Assembly (NCBI RefSeq): GCF_964194155.1
Contig: NC_135901.1
Span: 23,002,001-23,066,000 of the forward strand
Reading direction: 5' to 3'
Length of the DNA stretch: 64,000 nt
Origin: Cetorhinus maximus
Taxonomy: Eukaryota
Numbering within the stretch: position 1 is the stretch's first letter; every line of letters starts with the position of its first letter. The notes beneath the pieces were generated by a model. It was given only the letters and a program-made list of their open reading frames with translations. It made no database searches and was not told the DNA's origin. The position numbers and the translations under genes were made by a program. Shown piece after piece: positions 21,460-34,599 of the stretch.

Positions 21460-22520
21460 CACTTGTGAACTCACTGGTGTCTCACCAGGTGGGATAACTG
21501 AGTGAATCCTTTCCCACACCCTGAGCAAGTAAACAACCTCCCCGCAGTGTGAACTCGCTGGCGTCTCAGGAGGTTGGATAAATGGACGACTCTATTCCCA
21601 CACTCAGAGCAGGTGAAAGGCCTCTCCCGTGTGTGTACGTTGGTGTGCTAGCAATTCACGCCTGCTTTTAAAGCTCTTCTCACAGTCAGAACATTTAAAA
21701 GACCTCTGATCAGTGTGAACCAGTTGGTGTGCAGTGAGGCAGGATAATCATGAGAATTTCTTACCTCACACAGAGCAGGCGAATGGCCTCTCCCCGTGAG
21801 AAATCGCCGGTGTATCAGAAAGTCGGATGAATGAATCCGTTCCCACACTCGGATCGGGTGAACTGCCTCTCCCTGCTGTTGGTGTGTCAGCAACTGGTAC
21901 CTACTTTTAAAGCCCTTCTCACAGTCAGGACATTTGAAAGGTCTCTTGTCTGTGTGAACCAGTTGGTGAAGGTGAGGTGGGCTGACTGAATGAATTCCTC
22001 CCACAGGTAGAGCAGGTGAATAGCCTCTCTCCAGTGTGAACTCGCTGGTGTATCCGAAGGTCAGATGAATTAATGAATCCATTGCCACACAAGAAGCAGG
22101 GGAATGGTCTCTCCCCAGTATGAGTGTGTGGATGGATTTCCAACTGCAATTGGCATTTGAATCCCTTCCCAGAGTCCCCACATTTCCATGGTTTCTCCAT
22201 GGTCCTTCTGCCTCTCCAACTTGGAAGATCAGTTGAAGCTTCGTCCACACACACACAACACATGTACACTTTCTCCTCGCTGTGAGTGGTATGATTGTTT
22301 TCAGGCTGTGTACCAGAACACTGGAACACTTGCACCCAGGTGTGTGTGTCTCGGTGCCTTTCCGGTCACTGATGTTTGAAATCTCTTCCCAAGGACAAAC
22401 ATTTCTCCTTCCATGTTCAAAGGCCGATGATATTCAGGCCCTGATGAATCGAGTGACTCTGTCAGATCTTGATAATTGGTTTTAGTTTCACAGCTGTAAA
22501 TCCTCTCCTCCTAATACATT
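21460..22520 (-). pseudogene. Frameshifted ZNF unit E
   Basis: Fingers alternate between frames (ORFs 21925-22335, 21648-22256); acceptor AG->AA. Confidence 0.85.
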
Positions 22521-23199
22521 GTAAAAAGAGTTTACACAGAATTACACAGAATGTACAGAATAGACACAGGCCATTCTTCCCAACTAGTCACTGCTGGTCT
22601 TTACACTCCACAAGCTTCACCTTCCATTCCAGTCTTTCAGTTTATCTTTTTATTCCGTTTTCTCTCGTCTAGTTTCCTTTTGAAATTATCTCAGCTTTTT
22701 GCCACAACCACTTCCTGTGGTAGTGAGTTCACTTTATAACCTCTCTCTGTGTAAACACATATCTCCTTATTTCCCTACGGGATTTATTAGTAACTATCTT
22801 GTATTTCTGGCCCTTAGTTTTGGATTCTCCCACAAATGGAGACATTCTCTCCACATCTACAAGGTCCCACATGGCAGACTGGGCAGAAAAATAAAACGTC
22901 ATGGGACCCCATGGCAAGGTACAAGTTGGATGCAAAGTTTACTCAATGGTAGGAAGTGATGCATGATGGTTGATGAGTGTTTTTTTTTTGTGACTGGAAG
23001 GCTGTTTGCAGTGGGGTTTCACAGGGCTCAGTACTGGGTCCATCATTCCTGGTTTATATCACTGATTCAGACTTAAGTGTAGGGACATGAATAAGAAGTT
23101 TGCGCATGATACAAAAAACAAATGGATGTGTGCTTGGTAGTGAGATAGAAAGCTGGAGACTGTAGGGAGATAAGAATGTACTGGTCAGGTGGGAAAGAC

Positions 23200-24410
23200 C
23201 ATAAGAGATAGGCCATTAAGCCCATCGAGGCTGCACCATGGCTGATCTAATTGTGGTCTTAATTCCACTTTCCAGTCTGTCCCCAATCCCATTAACCTTT
23301 GATTCCCTTATAGGTCAAAAATCCGTCGAACTCAGCCTTGAAATATTCAATGACTCAGCCTCCACACTCTCTGTGGAAGAGAATCCTAGAGACTAATGCC
23401 CCTCTGAGAGAAAAATATTCCTCCTCATCACCGTCTTAAATAGGAGACCCCTTGTTTTTAAACAGTGTCCCTTACTTATCAATTCCCCCATGAGAGGAAA
23501 CATATTCTCAGCATCTACCTTGCAAATCCCCTCAGAATCTTGTATGTTTCAGTAAGATCACCTCTCATTCTTCTAAACTCCAATGGATACAGGCCCGGTC
23601 TTTCTTCATAAGACAACCCCTTCATCCCAGGAATCAGCCTAGTAAACCTTCTCTGAACTGTTTCTGATGCAAGTATATCTCTCCTTAAGTCAGGAGACCA
23701 AAATTGTACACAGTACTCTAGATGTAGTCTCACCAATGCCCTGTACAATTGCAGCAAGGTTCTCCTACTTTTATACTCCATCCCCATTGCAAAAACGGCC
23801 AACACTCCATTCGCCTTCCTAATCACTTCCTGTACATGAATGCTAACTTTACATGATTCATGTACAAGGACACCCAGATTCCTCTGTGCTGCAGCATTCT
23901 GCAGTCTTTCTCTCACTATATCAATAATATTCTGCTTTTCTATTCTTCCTGCCAAAGTGGACATCCTCACATTTTACCACATTATACACCATCTGCCTAC
24001 TCACTTAACTTATCTATATCTGTTTGCAGACTCTTTGTATCCTCCTCACAACTTGCTTTCCTACCTATCTTTACATCATTAACAAATTTAGCTACAATAC
24101 AAATGGTCCCTTCATCCAAGTTATTAGTATAGATCAGAAATAGTTGAGGCCCCAACACTGATCCCTGTGGCACTTCACTAGTTACAGTTTGCTAACCTCA
24201 AAATGACCGATTTATCCCAACTCACTCTTTCCTGTCAGTTAGCCAATCCTCTATCCATGCTAATATATCACCCCCAACATCATGAGCTCTTATCTTGTGC
24301 AATAACCTTTAATGTGAGAGTTTATTGAAGGCCTTTTGGAAATCAAAACACACTCCATCTACTGGTTCCCCTTTATCCACCCTGCTTATTATATCCTCAA
24401 AGAACTCAAG
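23200..24410 (-). mobile_element. CR1 LINE fragment
   Basis: LYRALVRLHLEYCVQFWSP, RRMRGDLTETYKIL. Confidence 0.9.
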
Positions 24411-24642
24411 GCTCCTCCATCATTTTGGAGGTGAGGATGGGGCAGACATGGGGGAGGGAGAGTCCTTCAAGAGAAACTAACTTAAGTTAGAAATATTAAA
24501 AGATCCAACACAGTGTGTTTAACACAAAGCTGATTTGACTTTTGTCCAGAATATTAATCACTGTAACTGGGCTGGACTTCATGAACATCAGAAACAGACC
24601 CAAATGGACAAATAGATTAACAGCAAAATCTAATCAGATTAG

Positions 24643-25428
24643 TTACTTGTGAACTCGCTGGTGTCTCAGCAGGGTGGATGAGTGAGAAAACCCCTTCTTA
24701 CACACAGAGCAGGTGAATGGCTTCTCCCCAGTGTGAACTCGCTGGTGTGTCAGCAAGGTTGACGACTGAGTGAAACTCTTCCCACAGTCAGAGCAGGAGA
24801 ATGGTCTCTCCCCAGTGTGAACCCGCTGGTGCTCCAGCAGGTCAGTTGACTGAGTGAATCCCTTCCCACACTTGGAGCAGGTGAATGGTCTCTCCCCAGT
24901 GTGAACTCGCTGGTGCGTCAGCAGGCGTGATGACTGAGTAAATCCCTTCCCACACTCCATGCAGGTGAACGGACTCTCTCCAGTGTGAACTTGTTCGTGC
25001 ACAGTGGGGTCAGATAATTGCCTGAACCCAGTCCCGCAGTGAGAGCACCTGAATGGTCTCTCATCAGTGTAAACACGTTGATGGCGCATCAGTTCCCCTG
25101 AACTTTTATAGCACTTCCTGCAGTCTGGGCATTTAAAAGGTCTCTCATCAGTGTGAACTCACTGGTGAGCCAACAGGTTGCATGACAGAGTGAATCCCTT
25201 CCCACACTTGGAGCAGGTGAATGGTCTCTCCCTAGTGTGAATGCGATGATGAGTTTCCAGTTCAACTGGATTATTGAATCCCTTCCCACAGTCCCCACAT
25301 TTCCAACGTTTCTCCCCATTGTGACTGCATTTATGTTCTGACAGGTTAGATGATTGGTTGAAGCCTCGTCCACTCACAGAACACGTGTACGGTTTCTCTT
25401 CACTGTGGATGGTGCTTTCTCCTTCCAT
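24643..25428 (-). pseudogene. ZNF unit F with one in-frame TGA
   Basis: ORFs 25159-25434 and 24643-25089 share a frame; HQ*VHT at 25159-25161 where paralogs have CGA. Confidence 0.85.
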
Positions 25429-25959
25429 GTTCAAACAGTGATATTCAGGTTATGATAAATTGGGTGACTCCATCATATCCTGATGTGATATTTAGTTGTG
25501 GCTTTCCGGATGCAAATCCTCGCCTTGTAATACCCTGAGAAATTGATTTAAAACAGAAAAAAGGGAGTGAGAGACAACTCACAGAAACAAAAACACAGGT
25601 TGTGAAATTAAGCTGAATGTATCTGGCAATTTGTGGGGACAGCATGAGGAAAAAGCTGTTTGATTCTTGTAAAAACCCATCTGGTTCACTAATGTCCTTC
25701 AGGGAAGTGAACCTGCCAGACAGTCTGGACCTACTCAAGCCTCTGACCTCGATGGGAGGGTGAGGGAAACAGGGCGAGAAGAAGGAGGGAGATTTTATGT
25801 ACCTTCAACCTGACCAGAACTTTGACAAAACCTCTCAAACCCTCAATCTCCACCACCTAAAAGTAAATCCTTCCCTTCTAACCCCCTGTAAAAGGAGTTT
25901 CCAAAACACATCCCTGTCAGTCCAGGATAGCAATTCACAATATTCTCTCCTCTTGCTGA

Positions 25960-26380
25960 CAGGGACGGGGGTGACCGCGCGTGCGCACTGCTGCTCATCG
26001 ACACCGGTAAAGATGGCGGCTGTTAATTCAGGCCTGTCATCAGGTTCAGTTCCGCGGCTGTTGCCCCGCTTGGACTAAATGCGGGACTGGTAGATTCTTA
26101 ATCTTGGTCCGAGGCCTCCACTGAGTGTTTATGAGGCCTCTCCGCCCATTCTGCCGCCTACGTTACGTATAATGAGCTGTAATTCACTAATTGCGGAGTC
26201 CAGATGACCTCCTCACTGCAGTTCCAGCACCCAAACTGCACATGCGCCAGTTAAAACCTGCTATGCGCATGCTCCAGTCACAACCCACCACTGCGCCTGC
26301 GCTAGGGTTCCCTATAGTGAGTATAGGGCACAGTCTGCATCGTCGAGAATGCTGGGTAAAAGCCGCGCCATTGAACGATG
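25960..26380 (-). promoter_or_regulatory. Promoter P4 of unit F
   Basis: AAGATGGCGGC, GTGTTTATGAGGCCTC, TGCGCATGCTC, GAATGCTGGGTAA. Confidence 0.75.
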
Positions 26381-26399
26381 ACATTGTTCAATAGAACAT

Positions 26400-27130
26400 T
26401 ATGATTTGTGATCTGATGATGATGCAGCCATAGGGCCAAGATATAAAATTATTAAATTAATTGATACAGCAAACAAAGTGGCGCCCCACCATAATTCTGT
26501 CCTGGGCGTAATTCACAGCAGAACAAACCACTACAGTTAAGTGTGAACTCACTGGAGTCACAGCAGCTAGGGTGAACAAGTGATTTTTTTCCCCCATACA
26601 CGGAACATTTAAACCATGCCTTCCCTGTCAGAGTGTACCTATTGTGGATAAAATCTTTTGAATTTATGAAGCTGAGGCGTGAATAGATGAGCAAACTGAA
26701 TAAATCCCTGGAATTTAAACTTGAATGACGACCATGAAACCTTTGTCGATTTTCGTAAAAACCCATCTGGTTCATGAATGTCGTTTAGGGAAGGAAATCT
26801 ACTGTCTCACTTGGACTGGCCTACATGTGATTCCAGACCCACAGCAATGTGGTTGACTCTTTAAAAAATGCCCTCTGAACAAGGGCAATTAGGGATGGAC
26901 AATAAATGCTGGCCTAGCCAGCGACACCCACATCCCACAAATGAATAAAAAGAAACACGTGTGTAGCATCTGCGTGGTCGCTCTCCGGTGTGACTGTCCT
27001 GCTGTGTCAGTAAATGGGATAACTGAGTGAATCCATTTCCTCATTCAGCTGGTGAACGATCTATTCATGGGTGTGAATTTACCTGTGAGTTTCCAGCTCA
27101 GACGGGGATCTCAAACCCTTCCAATGATGA
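26400..27130 (-). pseudogene. Very decayed ZNF relic upstream of P4
   Basis: gtgtgaactcactgg, tgagtgaatcc and the 3' UTR motif gtcctgggcgtaattcacagc; inverted paralog at 30170-30670. Confidence 0.6.
26705..26952 (+). mobile_element. SINE with LINE-type 3' tail
   Basis: Body as in 55290-55573; tail gggcaattagggatggacaataaatgctggcc...atgaataaaaa. Confidence 0.75.
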
Positions 27131-27859
27131 ATTCCAGATTCTCAACATTCTCCTGGTAAAAAAAAAACTTCAAATGCTGTAAAGCTGAAATAAAACAGAA
27201 AATTCTGGAATTTTCTGCAGAACCGGGAGCATCCACAGAGGGGAAATATAATTTACATTTCAGGTCTTCAACCTTTCATTAGAAATGTACTGTGTCAGTG
27301 CACAAAGCTGAAATGTTAACTATGTTTCCGAATCCACAGATGCTGCCAGACATAGAACCATAGAAAAGTTACAGCACAGAAGGAGGCCATTCAGCCCATC
27401 TTGTCCATGCCAGCTCGAGGACACCCAGGTGCCCTTTCTAATCCCACCTTCCTGCACCCGGCCCATAGCCCTGCAGCTTACAGCACTTTAGGTGAGGATT
27501 TGAAGCATTTTCTGATTTTATCTCCTGTTAAAGGAGTTTCTCCCGAATTGCACATTAGATTTGTTGGTAATAAACTTATATTTATTCTCATCCATCTGAA
27601 ACTGGAACCATCTTCAACTTGCCTACCCTATCAACCCCATTTATAATCTTAAAAATTCGATCAGGTTATCTGTCACTCTCTTTGCCAGAGAAAACATCTC
27701 CAGCTGTTCAATTTTTCTTCATAGGTATAATCTGGCAGTTCTGGCATTATTCCAGTGCCTTTGAAACAAGCACAGCAGATGTAACAACCAGCTTTTCACC
27801 TCTGTTCCCGCGTTCCAGGGCCACAAATACATTTTCTGGGTGATACAGTAATTTACTTG

Positions 27860-28465
27860 TACTTCTTCCAATTTAGGAACATGTATTCATTGCTCGTGAT
27901 GTGATCCCCTCCATACTGAGGCGATTAAATTAAAATTGGGTAACTGCTTTGGGGAACATCACCATTCAATCTTCAAATGTATTCCTGAGCATCCAGTCAT
28001 TTGCTATTTTAATTCTCGACCCCATTCCTGGTCTGACCTCTCTGTCCTCAGCCTCCTGCACTGATCATAATCACCACTCCCATTATTTCAGACTGCAGGT
28101 GCTGGTAATGATTCTGCTGATGCTATTCATACTCCCTCTGGATCTGAATTCTATTTGTTCACTTATCACATTATTTTATTGTCTCGTTATCACACAATTT
28201 TGTCTGACATTATCCTCCCCTTTGTCATTTAATCACTCCTGCCGTCCATTAACAATGTTCTTTCCTTCTCTTCCCCTCTCTTTTCCCTGACTCTGTACTT
28301 GTTTGTGAACAATTACATCTCTAAATTCTTCAAGTTTGATAAAGGTTCACTCACCTTAAACATTGATTCTGCTGCCCTCTCCATAGAGGCTATTTGGCCT
28401 GCTGAGTGTTTCCAACTATATCTCTTTTAAATTCAGATTTGCAGCATCTGCAGTGTTTTGTTTTT
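27860..28465 (+). mobile_element. Old PLE 3' remnant
   Basis: Decayed KLGNCFGEH (GIY-YIG region) and PLE terminus cagatttgcagcatctgcagtgtttt. Confidence 0.6.
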
Positions 28466-28599
28466 GGGTCACTGTGGAACAGTTTTCTCCCACGTAATGT
28501 GACCAGTTTAAAGAAGTTAAAGAAGGAGCTATTAAGGAATGAGGCAACAGTTACTGTCACCCTGTTCGAAAACAAATGGAACAAAATGCACTTTTTAAA

Positions 28600-28955
28600 C
28601 TATTGTTTGATGAGATGTAGGGTCGCTGTCAAGACCAGCATTTATGACCAAAACCTAATTTCCATTGAACTTTGTGGCTTGATCGGCCATTTTAAAAAGC
28701 AGTAAAAAGTCAGCCACATCACCGTGGGCTGGGAGTCACATGTAGGTCAGACCAGGTAAGGACAGCAGATTTCACCCCCTGAAGGAAATTAGAGAACCAG
28801 GTGGGTTTTCATGACAATCGATGATAGTTTCATGGTCACCATTACAGAGGCTAGTTTTGAAATTCAGACTTATTGATTAAATTTCTCCCACTGCCATGGT
28901 GGGATTTGAACATGTGTCCGTGCGTCTGGGTTATTAGTCCAGTGACCTGATCACC
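28600..28955 (-). mobile_element. tRNA-derived SINE
   Basis: B box gttcaaatccc on the minus strand; body shared with 55290-55573. Confidence 0.7.
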
Positions 28956-30020
28956 TGCCCTTTGCAATTGAAACACAACATTTCAACGTCGGATGAAACC
29001 AGGAATTTCACTTGTAAATAAAATATTATGATCACTGCACTATGGAAATCAGTGTCAAATATCCCTGACCAAGGGGAACTGACCATACATCTCTCAGTCT
29101 AATTCACAAAAAGGAAATGCTGGGAATACTGAGTAGGTCAGACCGAGTCTGTGGAGAGAGAAACAGTTAATGGTCCAAGATACTGAACGTCCATTGGGAC
29201 AAGTTCACAGACACAGAAAGTGGCGGTTGGGGAAATAATAAAAGAGAAGTTTGTGACTGGGAGAGATTAAATAACAAAGGGGATGAGGATGCAAGGCAAA
29301 AGCGATGGTAATGGAACTAGTGATGAAACTACAGGTGGAAGAACGTTATGTATCTGTCATCTATTTCTGCTCTGATTGGAAATGTGTTGCTTCTCTGTTG
29401 ACCCATTTCACTTCACTAAAAACTCAATCTTTCTCCACCATTATCCTTTACAAACATTTAATTGAATAAACATAGGCAGTTACATAGGAAAACAATCATC
29501 ATTTTGAAGTGTTGAAACAATGAAACACATATTTTCATAAGCATCTTGTTCATGGTTCATGTTAATATTTTACAGATAATCTTTAGTTTGGGGAAGATTA
29601 AGGTTGTGAGGATAAGGTTATTAACATTCTAGGCTTTTGAAATTGCCACAACATCTCAAGAAATGGCAGTTCAAAGTGTTGTTTAACATGGTCTGCATAG
29701 AAGAGGGAGCGAGAGAGAGAAAGCTATAAAATGGCAGGTGAACTCATTTGGCTAGAAATCTGGAGACAGAATGTGTATGAGCTGTATTGTCCTGACTTTG
29801 TTAATAAGATAATTTTTTTAAGCAGGCTTCGAGGTTAAGAAGTTTGGTTAATTAACGTTAATATATATTGGTACATAGGCTCGCTTTTGAAATACCATCA
29901 TGCATTGTACATTAGACCACACCTACAAACTTGTCCCTTGTACTTCCAGTGAAGTCGAGGGCAGTTTTCAGTGGCTGCTTCAGTCGACTGAAAATCAGGG
30001 TGATGCACAGAAACAGTGTG

Positions 30021-30158
30021 GTTCTGATGAAAGGTCACAGACTGAAATACATGTAAACTTTGTTTCTTTCTCCACAGACGCAATCAGATCTGCTGAAAAT
30101 TCCAGCACTTTCTGTTTTTCATTCAGATTTCCAGCATCCGCAGTATTTTTCTTTTCCT
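30021..30158 (+). mobile_element. PLE terminus with hammerhead-like core
   Basis: CTGATGA aaggtc aca gact GAAA followed by the PLE tail. Confidence 0.65.
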
Positions 30159-30169
30159 GAACTGGACAG

Positions 30170-30670
30170 TGCTGAGAAGGTGGAGCTCATTGCAAGAAGG
30201 GTTTGAGATCCCCATCTGAGCTGGAAACTGTTGAGTAAAATCACAGCATGAAAAGATCATCACCATCTGGAAGTGGAAGGGGATTCAGTCGGTCATCCCA
30301 TTTACTGACTCAATAGCAGTCGGACTGCAGAGAGACTTTTCAGACATTTCAGGAGTGAGAAAGGATTTGCTTAATTTTCTCACCAATTTAGAAAGTTCAA
30401 AGGATTTGATTCACAATCAGCGCTTTCTTACTAGAAAGAGACATCTTAAGAGTTCTGGGCCTTGGGAAAAAAAACATTTGTTTCCCCCACGTTCTGAGAC
30501 TCCAGTGAGTTTGAATTTAATTGTTGAAGTGTTAATTTCTATTAATTACACCCAGGACAGAACTATGGTGGAAGACCCGTGCACTTTGGTTGCTGTTTCA
30601 ATTAATGTGATAATGTCATATCTTGACCCTATGACTCCAATCGATCACAAAACACGATTTTCTATTCAAC
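30170..30670 (+). pseudogene. Very decayed ZNF relic upstream of P5
   Basis: gggtttgagatcccatctgagctggaaact (GFxxPSELET); inverted paralog of 26400-27130. Confidence 0.6.
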
Positions 30671-30699
30671 AATATCGCTGCTCAATGGAATTTTTTTTT

Positions 30700-31110
30700 C
30701 AGATTTCCAGCATTCGCAGCGGGGCAGAATGTGCCCTATCCTCGCTGCAGGAAGACCTTGCGCAGGCGCAATACTGGGTGTGAGACGAGCATTGTGGGTG
30801 CTTTTAGGGGAGCATGCGCAGTTGCTGCTTGCCCCAAGAGCTGGTCGAAGGAGATGACAATTTACGAATGGTGGCAAGTAACTGAAGCCGGTAGATGGGG
30901 AGGATTGGAGGCGGTGGAGTGGGCAGTGAGATTTTATAAAGATCCACTGGGGGCTTCGACACCCGAATAAATTCTAGTGGCTCCGCGGTCGCAGCGAACG
31001 GTCGTGGGGGCAGCTACGGACCGCGGTTCTCGGTAAAATGGCCGAGTTAACGGCCGCCATCTTTACTGGGATCAATGTGCAGCGGTACGCATGCGCAGTC
31101 ATCCCTGTCA
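30700..31110 (+). promoter_or_regulatory. Promoter P5 of gene G
   Basis: CpG-rich; TTCCAGCATTC, GAGCATGCGCA, TTATAAAG, GCCGCCATCTT, CGCATGCGCA. Confidence 0.75.
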
Positions 31111-31254
31111 GCAGGAGGAGAGACTATTGTGAATTTCCTGGACTGACGGGTGGATTTTGGAAACTCCTTTCACAGGAGGTTAGAAGGGGAGGATTTACAC
31201 ACAGCAAATTCAAACCAAGAGAAATGTTTGTCTCGTCTGACATAGGTCTTTAAA

Positions 31255-31484
31255 ATAAAAACAAAAATTGCTGGAAAAACTCAGCAGGTCTGACAGCATC
31301 TATGGAGAGAAAGACAGAGTTAATGTTTCGAGTCCATATGACTTCTTCAGAACTCAAGAGTCATACGGACTCGAAACATTAACTCTGGCTTTCTCTCCAC
31401 AGGTGCTGTCAGACCTGCTGAGCTTTTCCTGCAATTTTTATCTTTGTTTCAGATTTCCAGCATCCACATTATTTTGCTTTTAAC
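31255..31484. mobile_element. PLE-derived fold-back element
   Basis: Inverted arms of ~90 bp; exact 12-bp TSD TAGGTCTTTAAA at 31243-31254 and 31485-31496. Confidence 0.9.
31317..31355 (-). ncRNA. Minimal hammerhead motif with intact core boxes
   Basis: GAGTT CTGAAGA AGTC atatg GACT C GAAA CA TT/AACTC; stem III has G->A. Confidence 0.7.
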
Positions 31485-32069
31485 TAGGTCTTTAAAGTCC
31501 TCATTAGGATGGGCAGGTTGATGCGGACAGAATGTTTCCACTTGTTGGTCCATCCAACGCTGGAGGTCATGCGTACACAATAGTTACAAATAAATCCAAC
31601 AGGAAAACTGGAGATGCTTCTTTTTTGAGGCAGTAATTAAAATGTGGAACTCGCTGCTACAGTAAGTGGCTGAGAAAAATATCTGAGACTCTTTCAAAAA
31701 GAAACTGGATGAGAACATGAGAGAAAAGGGATTAGAAAGATCAACTGAACGGCTGAGATGAGGTTGGCAGAATGGGAGGGAATTCATGTGGAGTAGAAAC
31801 TCCAGTACAGACTAGATAAAATGAATGGCCTGTTTGTGTAATGTATACTCTGTGTAATTCTTTGTAAACTTATTTTACAGGGTATTAGAAGAGGAGGATT
31901 TGCAGACAGGAATATCAAACCAAACTGCACATCTGACAGAGTCAACTGGTTTATTGGGACCTGAAGATTTGTACTTCTGAAGGGATTTAATCGACCGTCT
32001 CAGCTGGAAACCGGTGAGAGGCTGTTCACCTGCTCCTCCTGTGTGAAGGGATTGATAGAGCTGGGAAAC

Positions 32070-33494
32070 ATGCTGACACGACAGCGAGCTCACAACAGTG
32101 AGAGGCTGTTCACTTGCTCTGCGTGTGGGAAGAAATTCATGTGTTCATCCAACCTGCTGGCACACCAACTCGATCACATTGATGAGAAGCCTCTTCAACG
32201 CTCTGACTCTGGGAAAAACATTAAAATCTCCGAGGAACTGGCCCAACACCAGCAAGTTCACACTGATGAGAGACCGTTCAGCTGCTCCCACTGCGGGAAG
32301 AGGTTCAGGCTGTCCTCCCGCCTCGCGGAGCACCAGCTCCTTCACACACACGAGAGGCCATTCAGCTGCTCTCACTGTGGGGAGTCGTTCAGCGAGTCAG
32401 TGCATCTCACTGAGCACCAGCGAGTTCACACCAAGGACAGGCCATTCAGCTGCTCCCAGTGTGGGAAGGCATTCACTCAGTTTTCAAGCTACACTAAGCA
32501 CCAACTGGTTCACTCAGATGAGAGACCTTTTAAATGCTCTGAGTGTGAGAAAACCTTTAAAAGAAGCATTGATCTGCTGAGACACCAGTGCATTCACACT
32601 GGGGAGAGACCGTTCCCCTGCTTTGTGTGTGGAAAGAGATTCACTCATTCTTTCCACCTTCTGACACACAAGCGTGGTCACACTGGGGAGAGACCATTCA
32701 TCTGCTCCGTGTGTGGAAAGAGTTTCATTCGGTCATCCAGCCTTCTGATACACCAACGAGTTCACACCGGGGAGAGACCGTTCACCTGCTCCGTATGTGG
32801 CAAGGGATTCACTCGTTCAAGCCAACTTCTGATACACAAACGAGTTCATACTGGAGAGAGACCGTTCACCTGCTCCGTGTGTGGGAAGAGATTCACTCAG
32901 TCAGCCAACTTGCGGACACATCAGCGGGTTCACACCGGGGAGAGGCCGTTCATCTGCTCCGTGTGTGGCAAAAGTTTCTCTCGTTTGTCCTACCTTGAGG
33001 TACATGAGCGAGTTCACACCGGTGTGAGGCCGTTCACCTGCTCCACGTGTGGGAACAGATTCGCTCATTCATCCCATCTGGTGAGACACCAGCGCAGTCA
33101 CACTGGAGAAAGGCCGTTCACCTGCACTGTGTGTGGGAAGGGATTCACTTGTTCATCTTATCTGGTGAGACACCAGCGCATTCACACTAGGGAGAGGCTG
33201 TTCACCTGCTCCTTGTGTGGGAAGGGATTCCCTGATTCAACCCACTTGCTGAGACACCACCGCATTCATATGGGGTTGAGGCCGTTCTCCTGTTCTGTGT
33301 GTGAGAAGGGATTCACTAAGTCATCCAACCTGCTGAGACACCAACGCGTTCACACTGGGGAGAGACCATTCACCTGCTCCGTGTGTGAGAAGAGATTTAC
33401 TCGGTCATCCGACCTGCTAAAACATAAGCGAGTTCACATGTTACCAGAAAAGTTGGATTCAGTTGTTGATGCTGAGGATCACATCCAGAACTGA
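32070..33494 (+). CDS. C2H2 zinc-finger protein G, 15 intact fingers
   Basis: ORF open from 32043, first ATG at 32070; acceptor ttttacag at 31880. Confidence 0.92.
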   Translation: MLTRQRAHNSERLFTCSACGKKFMCSSNLLAHQLDHIDEKPLQRSDSGKNIKISEELAQHQQVHTDERPFSCSHCGKRFRLSSRLAEHQLLHTHERPFSCSHCGESFSESVHLTEHQRVHTKDRPFSCSQCGKAFTQFSSYTKHQLVHSDERPFKCSECEKTFKRSIDLLRHQCIHTGERPFPCFVCGKRFTHSFHLLTHKRGHTGERPFICSVCGKSFIRSSSLLIHQRVHTGERPFTCSVCGKGFTRSSQLLIHKRVHTGERPFTCSVCGKRFTQSANLRTHQRVHTGERPFICSVCGKSFSRLSYLEVHERVHTGVRPFTCSTCGNRFAHSSHLVRHQRSHTGERPFTCTVCGKGFTCSSYLVRHQRIHTRERLFTCSLCGKGFPDSTHLLRHHRIHMGLRPFSCSVCEKGFTKSSNLLRHQRVHTGERPFTCSVCEKRFTRSSDLLKHKRVHMLPEKLDSVVDAEDHIQN

Positions 33495-33574
33495 ACCTTT
33501 TCTCCTTTCTAACTCTAGATTATTTCAGTTTTCATACTTTCAGTTACTCTCATGGACAAGTCCCAGCTCTGCGT

Positions 33575-34550
33575 ACCTCCTAGAGTGTCTCAACTTTTTA
33601 CGATTTACATCAATGACTTAGATAAGGGGAGTGAAGACATGGTAGCTAAATTTGCAGAGGACACAAAGATAGGTAGGAAAGTATGTTGTGAAGAGGACAT
33701 GAGGAGGTTGCAGATGGATATAGGTAGGTTGAGTGAGTGGACAAAGATCTGGCAAATGAAATTTAATGTAGGAAAATGTGAAGTTCACTTTGGCAGGGAG
33801 AACAAAAAAGCAGAGAATTACTTAAATGGAGAATGGCTGCATAATTCTGAGGTGCAGAGGGATCTAGGTGTTCTAGTACATGAGTCACAAAAAGTTAGTA
33901 AGCAGGTACAGCAAGTAATTAAAAAGGCTAATGGAATCTTTATTCCGAGAGGAATTGAACATAAATGTAAGGGTTTCACGCTTCAGTTATACAGGACATT
34001 GGTGAGATTGCACCTCGAATACTGTATACAGTTTTGGTCTCCTTATTTAAGGAAGGATATATATGCATTGGAGGCAGTTCAAAGGAGGTTTACTAGATTG
34101 ATACCTGAAATGAGTGGCTTGTCATATGAGGAAAGGTCGGACAGACTGGGCTTGTTTCCACTGGAGTTTAGAAGAATGAGGGGTGATTTGATTGAAGTAT
34201 ACAAGATCCTGAATGGCCTTGACAAGGTGGACGTCGAAAGGATGTTTCCTCTTGTGGGTGAGTCCAGAACTAGGGAGCACTGCTTCAAAATTAGGGTCGC
34301 CCTTTTAGGACAGAAATGAGAATTTTTTTTCTCTCAGAGCGTTGTGCAACTTTGGAACTCTCTGCCTCAGAAGGCGGTGGAGGCGGGGTCACTGAATATT
34401 TTTAAGGCAGAGGTAAATAGATTCTTGTTAGGTAAGGGAATCAAAGGTTATCAGGATTGAAACACAAGAAGACCAGCCATGATCTTATTGAATGGTGGAG
34501 CAGGCTCAAGGGGCCGAATGGTCTACTCCTGTTCCTATTTCTCGTGTTCT
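33575..34550 (+). mobile_element. CR1 LINE 3' part
   Basis: LFTIYINDLD, KFAEDTKIG, HLEYCIQFWSP. Confidence 0.92.
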
Positions 34551-34599
34551 TATGTCTCTCCTAGCCTTAGCATCCAGTGAAGGTATCGGTAACACACCC

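Noticed and set aside
25159-25161. Selenocysteine or programmed readthrough
   Set aside because: The TGA replaces an Arg CGA codon; CpG decay explains it and no SECIS was seen.
32098-32998. Overlapping ORFs with repeated TLGRDHS or HWGET motifs
   Set aside because: Off-frame readings of zinc-finger repeats.
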